DNA from: an uncultured bacterium
Lineage (GTDB): Bacteria; Zixibacteria; MSB-5A5; GN15; FEB-12
Direction: 5' to 3'
Assembly: GCA_965372795.1 (NCBI GenBank)
Contig: CBDVDR010000007.1
Location: 32,001 to 96,000 of the forward strand
DNA length: 64,000 nucleotides
Of the stretch, positions 8,262 to 18,006 are shown in pieces. Position 1 is the first letter of the stretch, and every line of letters starts with the position of its first letter. The position numbers and the translations under genes are program-made. The notes beneath the pieces are model-generated. The model was not told the origin of the DNA and searched no databases. It saw nothing but the letters and a program-made list of their open reading frames with translations.

Positions 8262-10747
8262 GTAAAATAATTACATTCTATTCTTACAAAGGTGGAGTTG
8301 GTCGTTCCATGGCATTAGCAAACGTTGCGGTAAAACTATCAGGATTGGGACATAAAACTCTTATAATAGATTGGGATCTTGAAGCTCCAGGATTGGAATT
8401 CTATTTTAAAGAATATTTGGATTTAAGTAAAATAAAAACTAAACCAGGCATTATTGATATTTTAAAAGGAGATCATTCTACAAATTTAAAATCAACTAAA
8501 TGGACAGATTGCATCTCAACAATTAGTATTGATAATGCAACTCCATCCATACATTTTATATCATCAGGTAGCAACAAAGATAATTATTATAAAAAAGTAC
8601 AAGAATTTGATTTAGATAGTTTCTTTAATAAGAATAAAGGACAATCCCTGTTATACGAATTAAGAAATGAATGGTTAAATACTTATGACTTTATCCTCAT
8701 CGATAGTCGTACTGGCATTACAGACTATGGAGGAATTTGTACTATTCTTTTACCAGATGTAAACATACTATTTGTGACAACTAACGATCAAAGTCTTACA
8801 GGTAGTGAATATGTATTTGAAAAAGCGCATCAAATTAGAAAACAACTCCCTTACGATTATGAAAACATTATTTTTGTTCCAATATTAAGTAGATATGATG
8901 CTACTGAAGAATATCAAATTTCACAAGATTGGATAAAAAAAATAGATAAATCATTGTCTAAACTTTATGAGAAATGGACACCAAGGAACATTATAACAGA
9001 AGAACTAATTCAACAAACAAGCATTCCTTATATCCCATATTTTAGTTACGGTGAAAGACTTGCAGTTTTAGAAGAAAGTTCATCAATGACTAGATCTTTA
9101 AGCAATGCATATGAGAACCTTTCAGCATTAATTGCAAATAATTTCCAATATCTTGATGATATGATAAATAATCGAAGAAGTTTTTTAGCAAGAGCTTCAA
9201 AAATAAAAAATAAAGATGACTTAAGATTGAGACACACTGTTCCGCTTGTAAATTCTCCAGATTTAATCCATTTAAATTATGATAATCATCAAAAATGGTT
9301 AAGTACAAATGGTTCTGCAGGAGATCAAATGGATATAAAAAACAAAGAATTTTTAAATTTAGAACTTTTTGATCTTAATTTAGGCAAGTCCGAATTCAAC
9401 ACTTCAACAATGAAGAACTCCAATTTCACTTTTATTGATTTTTCTCATTCATCTTATAGATATAGTAATTTTTCGGGATCCAAATTTACATCTTCAAACC
9501 TATCATCTATAGATGGTTTTAATGCAATCTATATTAATGTCATATTTGATGGTGTAAGCGCTACACTATCCGATTTGTCTACTAGCAATTTAACAGATGC
9601 TATAATTAAAAACTCTGATTTTTTTCAATCAAATTTAGATGATTGTAATATGCAAAATTCCAAACTTCAAAATTCAAACTTTGATCTTGCTAGTTTTAAA
9701 AATTCTGATTTGAACTCTTCGAATCTCGAGCATTCAAATTTTTATAGATCTAATTTTGCAAATGCAAACCTTAGATCATGCATTTGTTATGATGCAGATT
9801 TTAAAGGGGCTAACTTCAGTGATGCTAATCTAGCATATGCAAAGGGATTAAAAGAATCTCAACTAAAAATGACAATATTAGATTTTGCAAAATTACCTGA
9901 TCATATAAATTTTAGTGATTCACTAAATTCTTTTGGTAAAAATTTAAAAAGTGTACAGAGTTCATTTTGGATAACATCTATAATTGCACTTACTTATTTG
10001 TTTGCTCTTATAAATTACTTAACAATCGGTAACTCTAAAGAGTTTATTATTTTTTTACCAAATCTCCAAAATTTCGCCATTCCACAAATAATTGCAATTA
10101 TAATTTCCATGTACTAGTCACAAAGTTTATGGGATAAAATATCAAAATTACCATGTAGTTTTCCTGATGGTAAAACTCTTCATGAAAAAGGAGATTCTAT
10201 TTTTTTTGTAGGAAATATTTTTCCTACGCTCCAGAGAAATAACATAAGAGCTAATCCATTTAGGAGTATTCTATTCATAAGTTTGTATTGGGGATCTACA
10301 TCTATAATCTATGTTTCTGGTGCTTTTGTCATTTATACATATCCTAATTTTTATCCAGATACTAATTTCACTTTTTCCTTTATAGTTGCAATTTCATTAA
10401 GTTTAATAGGAATTTTATCATATTTTTATTCTAATATAAAGTTAGCTAAAAATAATAGACCAAGTTTTATTTGTTCTCACGAAGTAGCATTATTTAATTT
10501 GCCAAAAAAAATGTTTAAATATGAAATGTTAGATTTATTAGATAATTATGGAAGAATCTTAAGTTTAAGAAAAACAATTAGTATCAATGATGATATAGTG
10601 TGGAGTGTAAGGTTAGAGAGTAATTTTCAGGTACAAAAAGTGATAAAAAGTCTTGATCGTAGTAATTTTCATAATAAAGTGATAAGAGCTATTGGTATAC
10701 CGATTGGAGAGGAATTATCTAAAACTCTATATAATAGAGTCAAATAA
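8258..10747 (+). pseudogene. ParA-like (KGGVGR) ATPase + pentapeptide repeats + TM segments + RRM-like tail; one in-frame TAG at 10115-10117
   Basis: YSYKGGVGRS deviant Walker A, DWDLEAPG, DSRTG; pentapeptide repeats; the frame stays open after the TAG (SQSLWDKISKLPCSFPDGKTL...) and joins ORF 10283-10747. Confidence 0.7.
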
Positions 10748-10810
10748 TTTCATGATACACGATCTAAGGATTATATCTTAGCTTACCATAATTGATAGAA
10801 AAGTTGTCTA

Positions 10811-11557
10811 TTACTTCAACTTTATGACGTCAATTATTTCATCACCTTCATCTAAGTTAATTAACCTATCTCCATCTAATATTAAAACATCAGAAGAACC
10901 GATCCAGATACTAGTTGAATATGTATAATAGTCATCAACTTGATATAAACTTCCATCTAACATCTCTAATATTGAACCATCTCCTTTTACTTCATAAATA
11001 TATGCCTCTTCAACATCGCAAGAAGTTGCATAACTAGCTTCTTTTAATATATCACACCTATAAGATCTCTTACCTTCGATCCATATTTTCCATTGGTTGC
11101 TTACTCTGTAAAGTACTGCAGTCTTTCGATATCCTATATATCCTAAATATCCAGAAGTTATTTCAACAATAGCACCATTATCCAAAGTAACTACATCTTT
11201 AATATCAGAGTCTACTTTACTAATATAAGCAATATCTGAATTTGGAGATCCTTTTATATTGGTTGGATTACTTTTCTTCTGATTCACTATATTTTTTCGA
11301 AAGATTTCTGAGCATTCTTTATATCCCATCTCATAAATACCATTCATCAATTTATTTAATTTATTTTTCTCTAAGTCAGTTAATTTTCTTAATCCGATAG
11401 AATTACTCATAATCGTATCATTTTGAATTATTGATATAAAATTAAATTCAAATTGAGTAGTATTTTGAGCTAAACTAATTTGTACAATAAAGATAAGTAT
11501 AGTTAGTTGAATGTAGATATGCCTGATTAAGAAAAATAGTGATTTATTCTTTTTCAT
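10811..11557 (-). CDS. Exported hypothetical protein
   Basis: Long ORF with a signal-peptide-like N-terminus and an internally repeated beta-rich module. Confidence 0.6.
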   Translation of the reverse strand: MKKNKSLFFLIRHIYIQLTILIFIVQISLAQNTTQFEFNFISIIQNDTIMSNSIGLRKLTDLEKNKLNKLMNGIYEMGYKECSEIFRKNIVNQKKSNPTNIKGSPNSDIAYISKVDSDIKDVVTLDNGAIVEITSGYLGYIGYRKTAVLYRVSNQWKIWIEGKRSYRCDILKEASYATSCDVEEAYIYEVKGDGSILEMLDGSLYQVDDYYTYSTSIWIGSSDVLILDGDRLINLDEGDEIIDVIKLK

Positions 11558-11729
11558 AAAATACACCCTTATTTTTATAAGATTTAGCCTAATTTATTGA
11601 AAATATACTAAGAAGTCAATATAGTTACAATATAACAAATTACCTGAAGATAAGACCATTTTTGAATAACTTTATATCAAAAAAAAAAAATTAAATTTAA
11701 CTTATATAGATCGTTTTATAACGAATCTA

Positions 11730-11814
11730 ATAGTTCGCAATTCGTACAATACGGGGAGCTTAAGTTTTTCTACTCAACAACTTACTAAAATTCAATTTGT
11801 ACGGATTGCGAACT
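11730..11814 (+). repeat. att site 1: arm + GA core (11756-11757) + IHF-like box + displaced inverted arm
   Basis: AGTTCGCAATTCGTACAA (11732-11749) and TTGTACGGATTGCGAACT (11797-11814) form a 17/18 inverted repeat; the 32 bp at 11730-11761 are identical to 12579-12610. Confidence 0.9.
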
Positions 11815-12606
11815 TATGTTATAATTGATGATCAAGTCTAATTATTGTATATTATATTTTTGAAATTGAATGATTGAAATGATAATTAGTTTTATGATTA
11901 ATTTATATCCATGAGGTGTGTATGGAAAACAGTGAATTGATTCTAGAATATTTAAAGATATTTCTTACTTGGCCGGTTATTGGAGGTGTATTACTATTAA
12001 TTTTTATTTTCAATTTCAAATCTTCCATTGTAGGAATATTTAACAGAATAAGGAGTGCTAAGGTTGGTAATGTAGAATTTGAAGCCCCACTTATTCAAAA
12101 AGAGCTGAGTGATATAAAATCAGATCATACATTACTTGATAGTAATGTTATAGTGAACGATTCAAATGATAACTCAATTGATGAACAGACTTATAAGGAA
12201 AAATATGAAACCTTATTGGGGTTATATAACGATATTCAATTAGAATTTTATTTTGAAATGTTACTTAATATTTTATTTGGCACACAATTAAGATTATTAC
12301 AATCTATAAATAATATCGGAGATGATGGTATTGACTTAGATCGTATTTATCCTTTCTATAATGAGAATCTCTCTAAGAGCAAATTAACCAATTGGGGAGT
12401 CAATGATTTTTTGAGAATCTTAATTAATTACAATATAATTAATAAGAATGAATCTACGAATAAATATCAAATTACTCCAAATGGAACTAATTTTTTGTCA
12501 TATGTTGAAAAAAATCATAACCATAAATTTCAATCATTACAGTTTTAATATTATTTATCTATTAACAGCTTGAACCTTATAGTTCGCAATTCGTACAATA
12601 CGGGGA
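11756..12606. mobile_element. Unit 2: single-gene, integrase-less cassette (849 bp core to core)
   Basis: Flanked by identical 32-bp direct repeats. Confidence 0.8.
11922..12548 (+). CDS. Membrane-anchored hypothetical protein with a possible C-terminal winged helix
   Basis: GAGGTG RBS; N-terminal TM (LTWPVIGGVLLLIFIF); C-terminal YQITPNGTNFL. Confidence 0.7.
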   Translation: MENSELILEYLKIFLTWPVIGGVLLLIFIFNFKSSIVGIFNRIRSAKVGNVEFEAPLIQKELSDIKSDHTLLDSNVIVNDSNDNSIDEQTYKEKYETLLGLYNDIQLEFYFEMLLNILFGTQLRLLQSINNIGDDGIDLDRIYPFYNENLSKSKLTNWGVNDFLRILINYNIINKNESTNKYQITPNGTNFLSYVEKNHNHKFQSLQF

Positions 12607-12667
12607 GCTTTATTAATTCTCTTTCATATCAACAACTTACAACATTACAGATTGTACCTTTTCGACT
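12579..12667 (+). repeat. att site 2: arm + GA core (12605-12606) + IHF box + degenerate arm
   Basis: ATAGTTCGCAATTCGTACAATACGGGGAGCTT; TATCAACAACTTA at 12627-12639 fits WATCAANNNNTTR; TTGTACCTTTTCGACT. Confidence 0.88.
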
Positions 12668-12754
12668 AATCAATTTCTAGAAAATCTGAAACTTATATAA
12701 TAATCTTATTTTGTAAGTAGGAACGAAAATTAATCTTCCATCTGTTAGAAATAA

Positions 12755-12982
12755 TTGTTTTTCCTGTAGTTTGTGAACTGGTTCATCTAGGAAGTAGTAT
12801 TCACCCTCGGTCGCTGCATCGAGCATCCCGATAATGTTAAGCTGGGCTGAATTTCCTGCACCCTAAGGTCCCATGACGGTGACGAAGTCACCATCGTAGA
12901 TTTCCAATTTAACATGCCTGAGAACGTATGTGTTCACGCCACCGTTCTTATAGCTCTAGGTTATGTTGTCAAGTCTGATCAT
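12755..12982 (-). pseudogene. Truncated ABC ATP-binding gene
   Basis: MIRLDNIT*SYKNG...DFVTVMGP*GAGNS..LNIIGMLD...GEYYF; two TAG, broken Walker A, cut off near the cassette end. Confidence 0.8.
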
Positions 12983-13015
12983 AATGTCAATATCCTTCGA
13001 AAGTAATTCTTTGTT

Positions 13016-13086
13016 CTATTCATGTCGTATCGCGTCAATCGGATTGGCGATTAACGCGACGTTATGGACAGTCGCCTAGTGTGCAT
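13016..13086 (-). pseudogene. C-terminal remnant of an ABC permease paralog
   Basis: ALIANPIDAIRHE* matches the permease C-terminal motif. Confidence 0.6.
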
Positions 13087-13094
13087 AATTTTGT

Positions 13095-15470
13095 TTATTC
13101 AGAACGAAGAGCGTCCACAGGATTAGATCGCGCTGCCCGGAAAGCTTGCGAGCCGACCGTTACAGAAGCCACCATGAGCGCAATCAGAGTTGGTAGCAAA
13201 AACAGCCAGACGTTAAGTTCGATGCGGTAAGGGAATTGTTCCAACCAACCATTCAGCAGATACCACGCGATAGGCCAGGCAACCAAGCTGGATAAAGCCA
13301 CCAGAGTTATAAACTCCCGGGTCATCATCATGACCAACTGCTGGATAGAGGCACCAATCACTTTGCGAACGCCAATTTCCTTGGTTCGTCTCTCAGCCGC
13401 AAAAGCGGACAAACCCAAAAGACCCAGGCAGGCGATGAACACACCCAATGCGGAGAAGACGGAAAACAAATACATCAACTTGCGATAATCATCATAACGC
13501 TCGGAAATAAGGTTATCGAGATACTTCGCAACAGGTGCCTTTTCTGAGAATACTTCTTCGTACACCGAAGCAATTTGTGACTTCATTTGTGCTTGATTCT
13601 CGTCTGGCAATTCCAGGGCCAACACCCGCCCTATTGTATTTCGATGGAGAATCACTGTTGGCTGTATCTCGCTATTGAGAGGGTGCGCGTGAAAGTCCTT
13701 CACCACCCCAATCACAGTGAAGATTCTATCGGGTCTCATTAGCTGGAAACCAATCGGCTCCTTGATCCCCATTGTTTTAACCGCGGTTTCGTTGATCAAG
13801 ACCATGTTGGGGGTGTTTGAGTTTGCTTCGCTATCCCATGACTTGCCAGCAACGAGTTCTAATTTAAGCGTTTTGAAGTAATCGTTGTCTCCGGCAAGAA
13901 AATTAAACATTACTTTCTTGCCTTCGTCGTAGCTCTCAGGATGAAATGACAACAGGCTTGTCCTATTCTCGCCGGGGACCGCAGTGGCTATAGTAAGGTT
14001 TGACAGCCCAAGCCGGCTGAGGTCATTTTTGAACAGGACTTTTTTATCATTGGATGCTTTGTCGGGGAACTCATACAAAAGGATATTCTCGTGACTAAAC
14101 CCAAGGTCAGCCGCTCCGGCAAATTCAATCTGCTCGTTGATGCCAAAAGTGAGACACATGAGGATGATAGCACAGGTTGCCTGAAACGCAACCAATACAC
14201 GCCTTAGATTAAATCGACCGGTTGACGCGATAGCACTGTTTTTTAAAACCTCCTGTGGATGAAGTCGGGAAAGTACAATTGCCGGGTAACTTCCTGATAT
14301 CAGACCTACCAAAAGAATCAAACTCGGTCCGGCCAGCCAGACTATCGGACTTTCCATAAGACCGATTGAGAGAGGTTTGCCAGCATACTGTTCCATGGCT
14401 GGGATTGTTAATTCAAAAACCACCAATCCAGCCGCCATCGCTATAGTAACCATAATGACGGACTCAGCTAAAAATTGATGCGCCAACTGCCATCTTCCGG
14501 CACCAAACACTTTGCGAATCCCAACCTCTTTGGTTCGATGAGCCATACGAGCAGTAGTGAGATTGATATAGTTCATGCAGGCTATTACCAAAAGCAACAT
14601 GGCGATGCCTGAGAAAATATATATCGTCTCCATTGAACCCCTGGGATCAAGTTCGTTGCTTAGGTCTGGATTCAAGTAAATCGATAGCAAAGGTTGTAGT
14701 TCCAGTTTAAATTCATCAGCCTTGTCTCCCAGATGAACCGTAAGCAAATCCGGAATCTTAGCTTCAATAGATGCCAGATCGACGTCTTCAGACAAAAGCA
14801 AGTAGGTGTAAGCTTTACCCCACCAACCTTCCCAGGTGGTAAGATCCTCTCCCATAGTCTCAAGGGTTGCATAGGAAGCAAGGAAATTAGTTTTGAGCTG
14901 GGTGTTGTCCGGCATGTCACTCATTACGCCGGTAATAATCATTTCTATATCGTCATGAATTTTGACTGTTTGACCAATCGGATCACTGTTCGGGAAGAAG
15001 CTTTCACTGATACTCTGTGATATTATCAAGCTATTTGGGCTCAAGAGAGCGGTCGCTCGGTTTCCGTTTATGAGCGGAATAGAAAAGACCTCAAGCATTT
15101 CGGGATCGACCATCAGGAATTGAGTTTCTACAATAAACTTATCGTGTCCGAACTCTATTTTAACGTCCTTGTCCTGGTAAATTCTGGCCTGTTGTTCAAT
15201 TTCCGGCATAGTTTCTTTCAGGGCCGGTCCGGCTGGGTGCATGATATTGGCCGTTGAGATCATATCATCATCACGTTCCCAAAAGCAAACTACCCGGTAG
15301 ATATTATCGGCGTTCGGATAATGAGATTCGTAGCTATACTCGTATGAAACATACGCCAATATCAAAAGACAAGAACCCAAACCCAACGCGAGACCAAGGA
15401 TGTTGATACAAGTATAGAGCTTTTGTTTTCTTAGTGACCTCAAAGCGGTTCTCAGGTAGTTACGAATCAT
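13095..15470 (-). CDS. MacB/FtsX-like ABC transporter permease (duplicated-domain type)
   Basis: MIRNYLRTALR..., two RTKEV/IGI/VRKV.GA motifs, NPVDALRSE end. Confidence 0.92.
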   Translation of the reverse strand: MIRNYLRTALRSLRKQKLYTCINILGLALGLGSCLLILAYVSYEYSYESHYPNADNIYRVVCFWERDDDMISTANIMHPAGPALKETMPEIEQQARIYQDKDVKIEFGHDKFIVETQFLMVDPEMLEVFSIPLINGNRATALLSPNSLIISQSISESFFPNSDPIGQTVKIHDDIEMIITGVMSDMPDNTQLKTNFLASYATLETMGEDLTTWEGWWGKAYTYLLLSEDVDLASIEAKIPDLLTVHLGDKADEFKLELQPLLSIYLNPDLSNELDPRGSMETIYIFSGIAMLLLVIACMNYINLTTARMAHRTKEVGIRKVFGAGRWQLAHQFLAESVIMVTIAMAAGLVVFELTIPAMEQYAGKPLSIGLMESPIVWLAGPSLILLVGLISGSYPAIVLSRLHPQEVLKNSAIASTGRFNLRRVLVAFQATCAIILMCLTFGINEQIEFAGAADLGFSHENILLYEFPDKASNDKKVLFKNDLSRLGLSNLTIATAVPGENRTSLLSFHPESYDEGKKVMFNFLAGDNDYFKTLKLELVAGKSWDSEANSNTPNMVLINETAVKTMGIKEPIGFQLMRPDRIFTVIGVVKDFHAHPLNSEIQPTVILHRNTIGRVLALELPDENQAQMKSQIASVYEEVFSEKAPVAKYLDNLISERYDDYRKLMYLFSVFSALGVFIACLGLLGLSAFAAERRTKEIGVRKVIGASIQQLVMMMTREFITLVALSSLVAWPIAWYLLNGWLEQFPYRIELNVWLFLLPTLIALMVASVTVGSQAFRAARSNPVDALRSE

Positions 15471-15494
15471 GAATGTACACTCACTTTCTAAAAC

Positions 15495-15662
15495 CTATTC
15501 ATATTTTAGTGATTCAATCGGATTAGACGAAGCTGTCTTTATCGCTTGATAGCTATCAACAAAGCGAGCAATGCCGTTAGCCAGCCCGACTATATTGAGT
15601 AGAGTAATACCGTCCTGACGACGGGTCGATCTCAACGCGATCTTGAGAAAGTTCTTAAGCAT
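15495..15662 (-). pseudogene. 55-aa internally deleted permease paralog (N- and C-termini fused in frame)
   Basis: MLKNFLKIALRSTRRQDGITLLNIVGLANGIARFVD-SYQAIKTASSNPIESLKYE*. Confidence 0.75.
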
Positions 15663-16341
15663 GACGAGTCTTTATGTCTTCTGTTACAACAGCGCCATCG
15701 AAAAGGTTGATGGTACGACTGCAGTAGTCAGCGAATGCCTGAGAATGAGTGACCATTACGATCGTAGTGCCTTCTTCATTGAGTTTCGTCAGGCAGGTCA
15801 TCACATCCTGTCCGTGGGCTGAGTCAAGATTGCCGGTTGGTTCATCGGCGAGAATCAGTCTTGGATTGGCAACAACTGCTCTTGCAACAGCCACACGTTG
15901 TTGTTGACCACCTGATAACTGTTGTGGGAAATGCTTTGAACGGGCAATGATCTCAAACTCTTTAAGTGCCTTGTTGACGCGTGTTCTTCTCTCAGATGCG
16001 GCTATCCCGAGATAGAGAAGAGGCAGTTCGACATTCTCAAAGATGTTCAGTTCATCAATCAGGTTAAAATTCTGAAAGACAAACCCGATGTTGTTCTTGC
16101 GAAGACTGGCTCTTTGACGTTCGGTATATTTGGAGACTTCAGTTCCGAGCAAATGATATTCTCCCCCGGTTGGGTTATCCAGAAGTCCAAGAACATTCAG
16201 CAGAGTTGATTTGCCACAACCAGATGGTCCCATAATTCCGACAAACTCACCTTCTGCGATGTGGATTCCAATATCGTTTAGTGCCGTTGTCTCGATGTCT
16301 TCGGTGCGGTAAGTTTTTTGCAGGTTGACGGTACGAATCAT
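15655..16341 (-). CDS. ABC transporter ATP-binding protein (MacB/LolD-like)
   Basis: GPSGCGKS, LSGGQQQR, ILADEPTGNLD; start MIRTVNL with AGGAG RBS. Confidence 0.93.
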   Translation of the reverse strand: MIRTVNLQKTYRTEDIETTALNDIGIHIAEGEFVGIMGPSGCGKSTLLNVLGLLDNPTGGEYHLLGTEVSKYTERQRASLRKNNIGFVFQNFNLIDELNIFENVELPLLYLGIAASERRTRVNKALKEFEIIARSKHFPQQLSGGQQQRVAVARAVVANPRLILADEPTGNLDSAHGQDVMTCLTKLNEEGTTIVMVTHSQAFADYCSRTINLFDGAVVTEDIKTRHA

Positions 16342-16378
16342 GGTTATTACTCCTTTTAACATTGTCATTATATTTTTC

Positions 16379-17629
16379 CTATTTAAATACGAGTTGGTCA
16401 ATTTCGCCAAAAGTTTCATAGGAGGAAGTAACCACTTTTTCCCCCGGTTTAAGACCTTCAAGTACTTCGTAGTAGATTGAATTTGAACGCCCCAATCGGA
16501 TAACACGTTTTTTGGCCAGATTGTCTGTCTCATCTACAACATAAACCCATTGACCACCCGTGCTTTGCCAGAAAGCTCCACGCTTAATCAGAATTGCCTC
16601 GGAGGAGCCACCCAGATTAAGGCGGATACGAAGTGTTTGGCCACGTCGGATTCCTTTTGGAGCACTTCCGATAAATTGCAGGTCCACTTCAAAGCGACTG
16701 TTAACAACCTCAGGGTAAATTTTCTCAACCAGCAGTTCAATGTCTTCATCATCAAAAGTAGAGGTTGCTTTTTGTCCGACCTGTACTCTTGAGAGATAAT
16801 GCTGGTCCACCTGGACTCTCGCTTTGAAACCTACCGGGATATCTATTCTCCCCAACTGTTCACCACGATTCTTAGTTTGTCCAATTTCTGCATTCAACGA
16901 AGTCAACTGCCCGTCTATCGGGGCTCGTAACGTAAGATTATCGAGTTTTTGTTTTACCATATCAAAATTGTCTTCCATGCGTGTCAATCCCTCTTGAAGT
17001 TGACCAACCTGAGTCTCCCTGAAAACAGAATCTTGTCGAGCATTTTCAACTGTTAACTCAAACTTAGCGGCGTAGTACTCAAATGTCTCTTTGGCTTCAT
17101 CGAACATTCTCACCGAGATTAACTCCTTTGTCAGAAGCGCTCGAAATTCTTCGTAAGTACGCTTTTTCTGAGATAATTGGTACTTGAGATCAAGCAGTTG
17201 TTCGGCCATTCGAAGCCGATTCTGCTGCATAGCTAAACGAGTGTTTCGTAAGTTATTCGATTGCTGAAAAAGCTCTGCTTCACGAAACATGATATCCAAA
17301 AGAAGATTAGTATTAGCCAGTCGCAGAATAGGGTCGCCTTTGTTGACATAAGAACCTGCCTCAACAAATACCGAGTCCACCTGTCCACCTTCAGTTGCAT
17401 CCAGAAATATCGTCCGAAGAGGAATCACTGTGCCTGTTTCAGGAATGAACTCCTGAAATTCACCTACGGTTACATCTGAAATAGAAATACGTTCGATATC
17501 GACACTGAGTCTGGAACTGTGATCTCCAAAAATTAGATTGTATAGAATTAAAATAGTCGCCAGTCCACCCACTGATAAGTAAGCAATCATTTTGATTGTC
17601 CAGAATTTCCGTTCGATCAGTCTATCCAT
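16379..17629 (-). CDS. Efflux periplasmic adaptor (HlyD/MFP family)
   Basis: N-terminal TM, lipoyl-like EGGQVDSVFVE.G..V.KGDPI, long helical hairpin. Confidence 0.88.
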   Translation of the reverse strand: MDRLIERKFWTIKMIAYLSVGGLATILILYNLIFGDHSSRLSVDIERISISDVTVGEFQEFIPETGTVIPLRTIFLDATEGGQVDSVFVEAGSYVNKGDPILRLANTNLLLDIMFREAELFQQSNNLRNTRLAMQQNRLRMAEQLLDLKYQLSQKKRTYEEFRALLTKELISVRMFDEAKETFEYYAAKFELTVENARQDSVFRETQVGQLQEGLTRMEDNFDMVKQKLDNLTLRAPIDGQLTSLNAEIGQTKNRGEQLGRIDIPVGFKARVQVDQHYLSRVQVGQKATSTFDDEDIELLVEKIYPEVVNSRFEVDLQFIGSAPKGIRRGQTLRIRLNLGGSSEAILIKRGAFWQSTGGQWVYVVDETDNLAKKRVIRLGRSNSIYYEVLEGLKPGEKVVTSSYETFGEIDQLVFK

Positions 17630-17724
17630 ACGAGAGATGTCACTCATACACTATTTCTCACAATCTATGTTGCAGTTCAATATTTTTAAGACGGCCAAAT
17701 AGCGTCTCGGTTGCTAAAAGACAT

Positions 17725-17833
17725 TACAATAATCGTGCCAGTTCAAGTAAGTCGTTGTTATACAACAAAACTAATGGTATTGCGGTGGGGTTTTACTGCC
17801 CGCTTATGGAGGTTTGCTGTACGAATGCGTACA
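17725..17833 (-). promoter_or_regulatory. Sigma54 promoter with IHF-like site and activator UAS for the exporter operon
   Basis: TGGCACGATTATTGTA (-24/-12, 17740-17725); TAACAACGACTTA IHF-like box; TGT-N10-ACA palindrome at 17818-17833. Confidence 0.7.
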
Positions 17834-18006
17834 CTAAATCCCTTGCCCCAAAGCAACTATCGGATTACTTTGTATGTAAGTCACTGTTAATCAACGATCT
17901 GAATTGTTTTCTCGTGATGGTATGTTTTCTGCTTTCATCTTTACATTGAAAGCAACAACGATTAGAAATGCACAAGAAGTGAAAGTGACAATGGAGTGTG
18001 TGACGA

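Larger units (their letters stand above)
1970..11757. mobile_element. Unit 1: autonomous integrated rolling-circle element (~9.8 kb)
   Basis: Bounded by GGGGAGCTT cores with symmetric arms; carries recombinase, regulatory switch, HUH Rep and AT-rich cargo. Confidence 0.85.

Noticed and set aside
1970..11757. Prophage or inovirus call for unit 1
   Set aside because: No recognisable structural, morphogenesis, terminase or lysis genes
6952..12960. Stop-codon reassignment or pyrrolysine to explain in-frame TAA/TAG
   Set aside because: TAA and TAG end other genes normally; the TAGs in the ABC fragment sit in an otherwise broken, truncated gene
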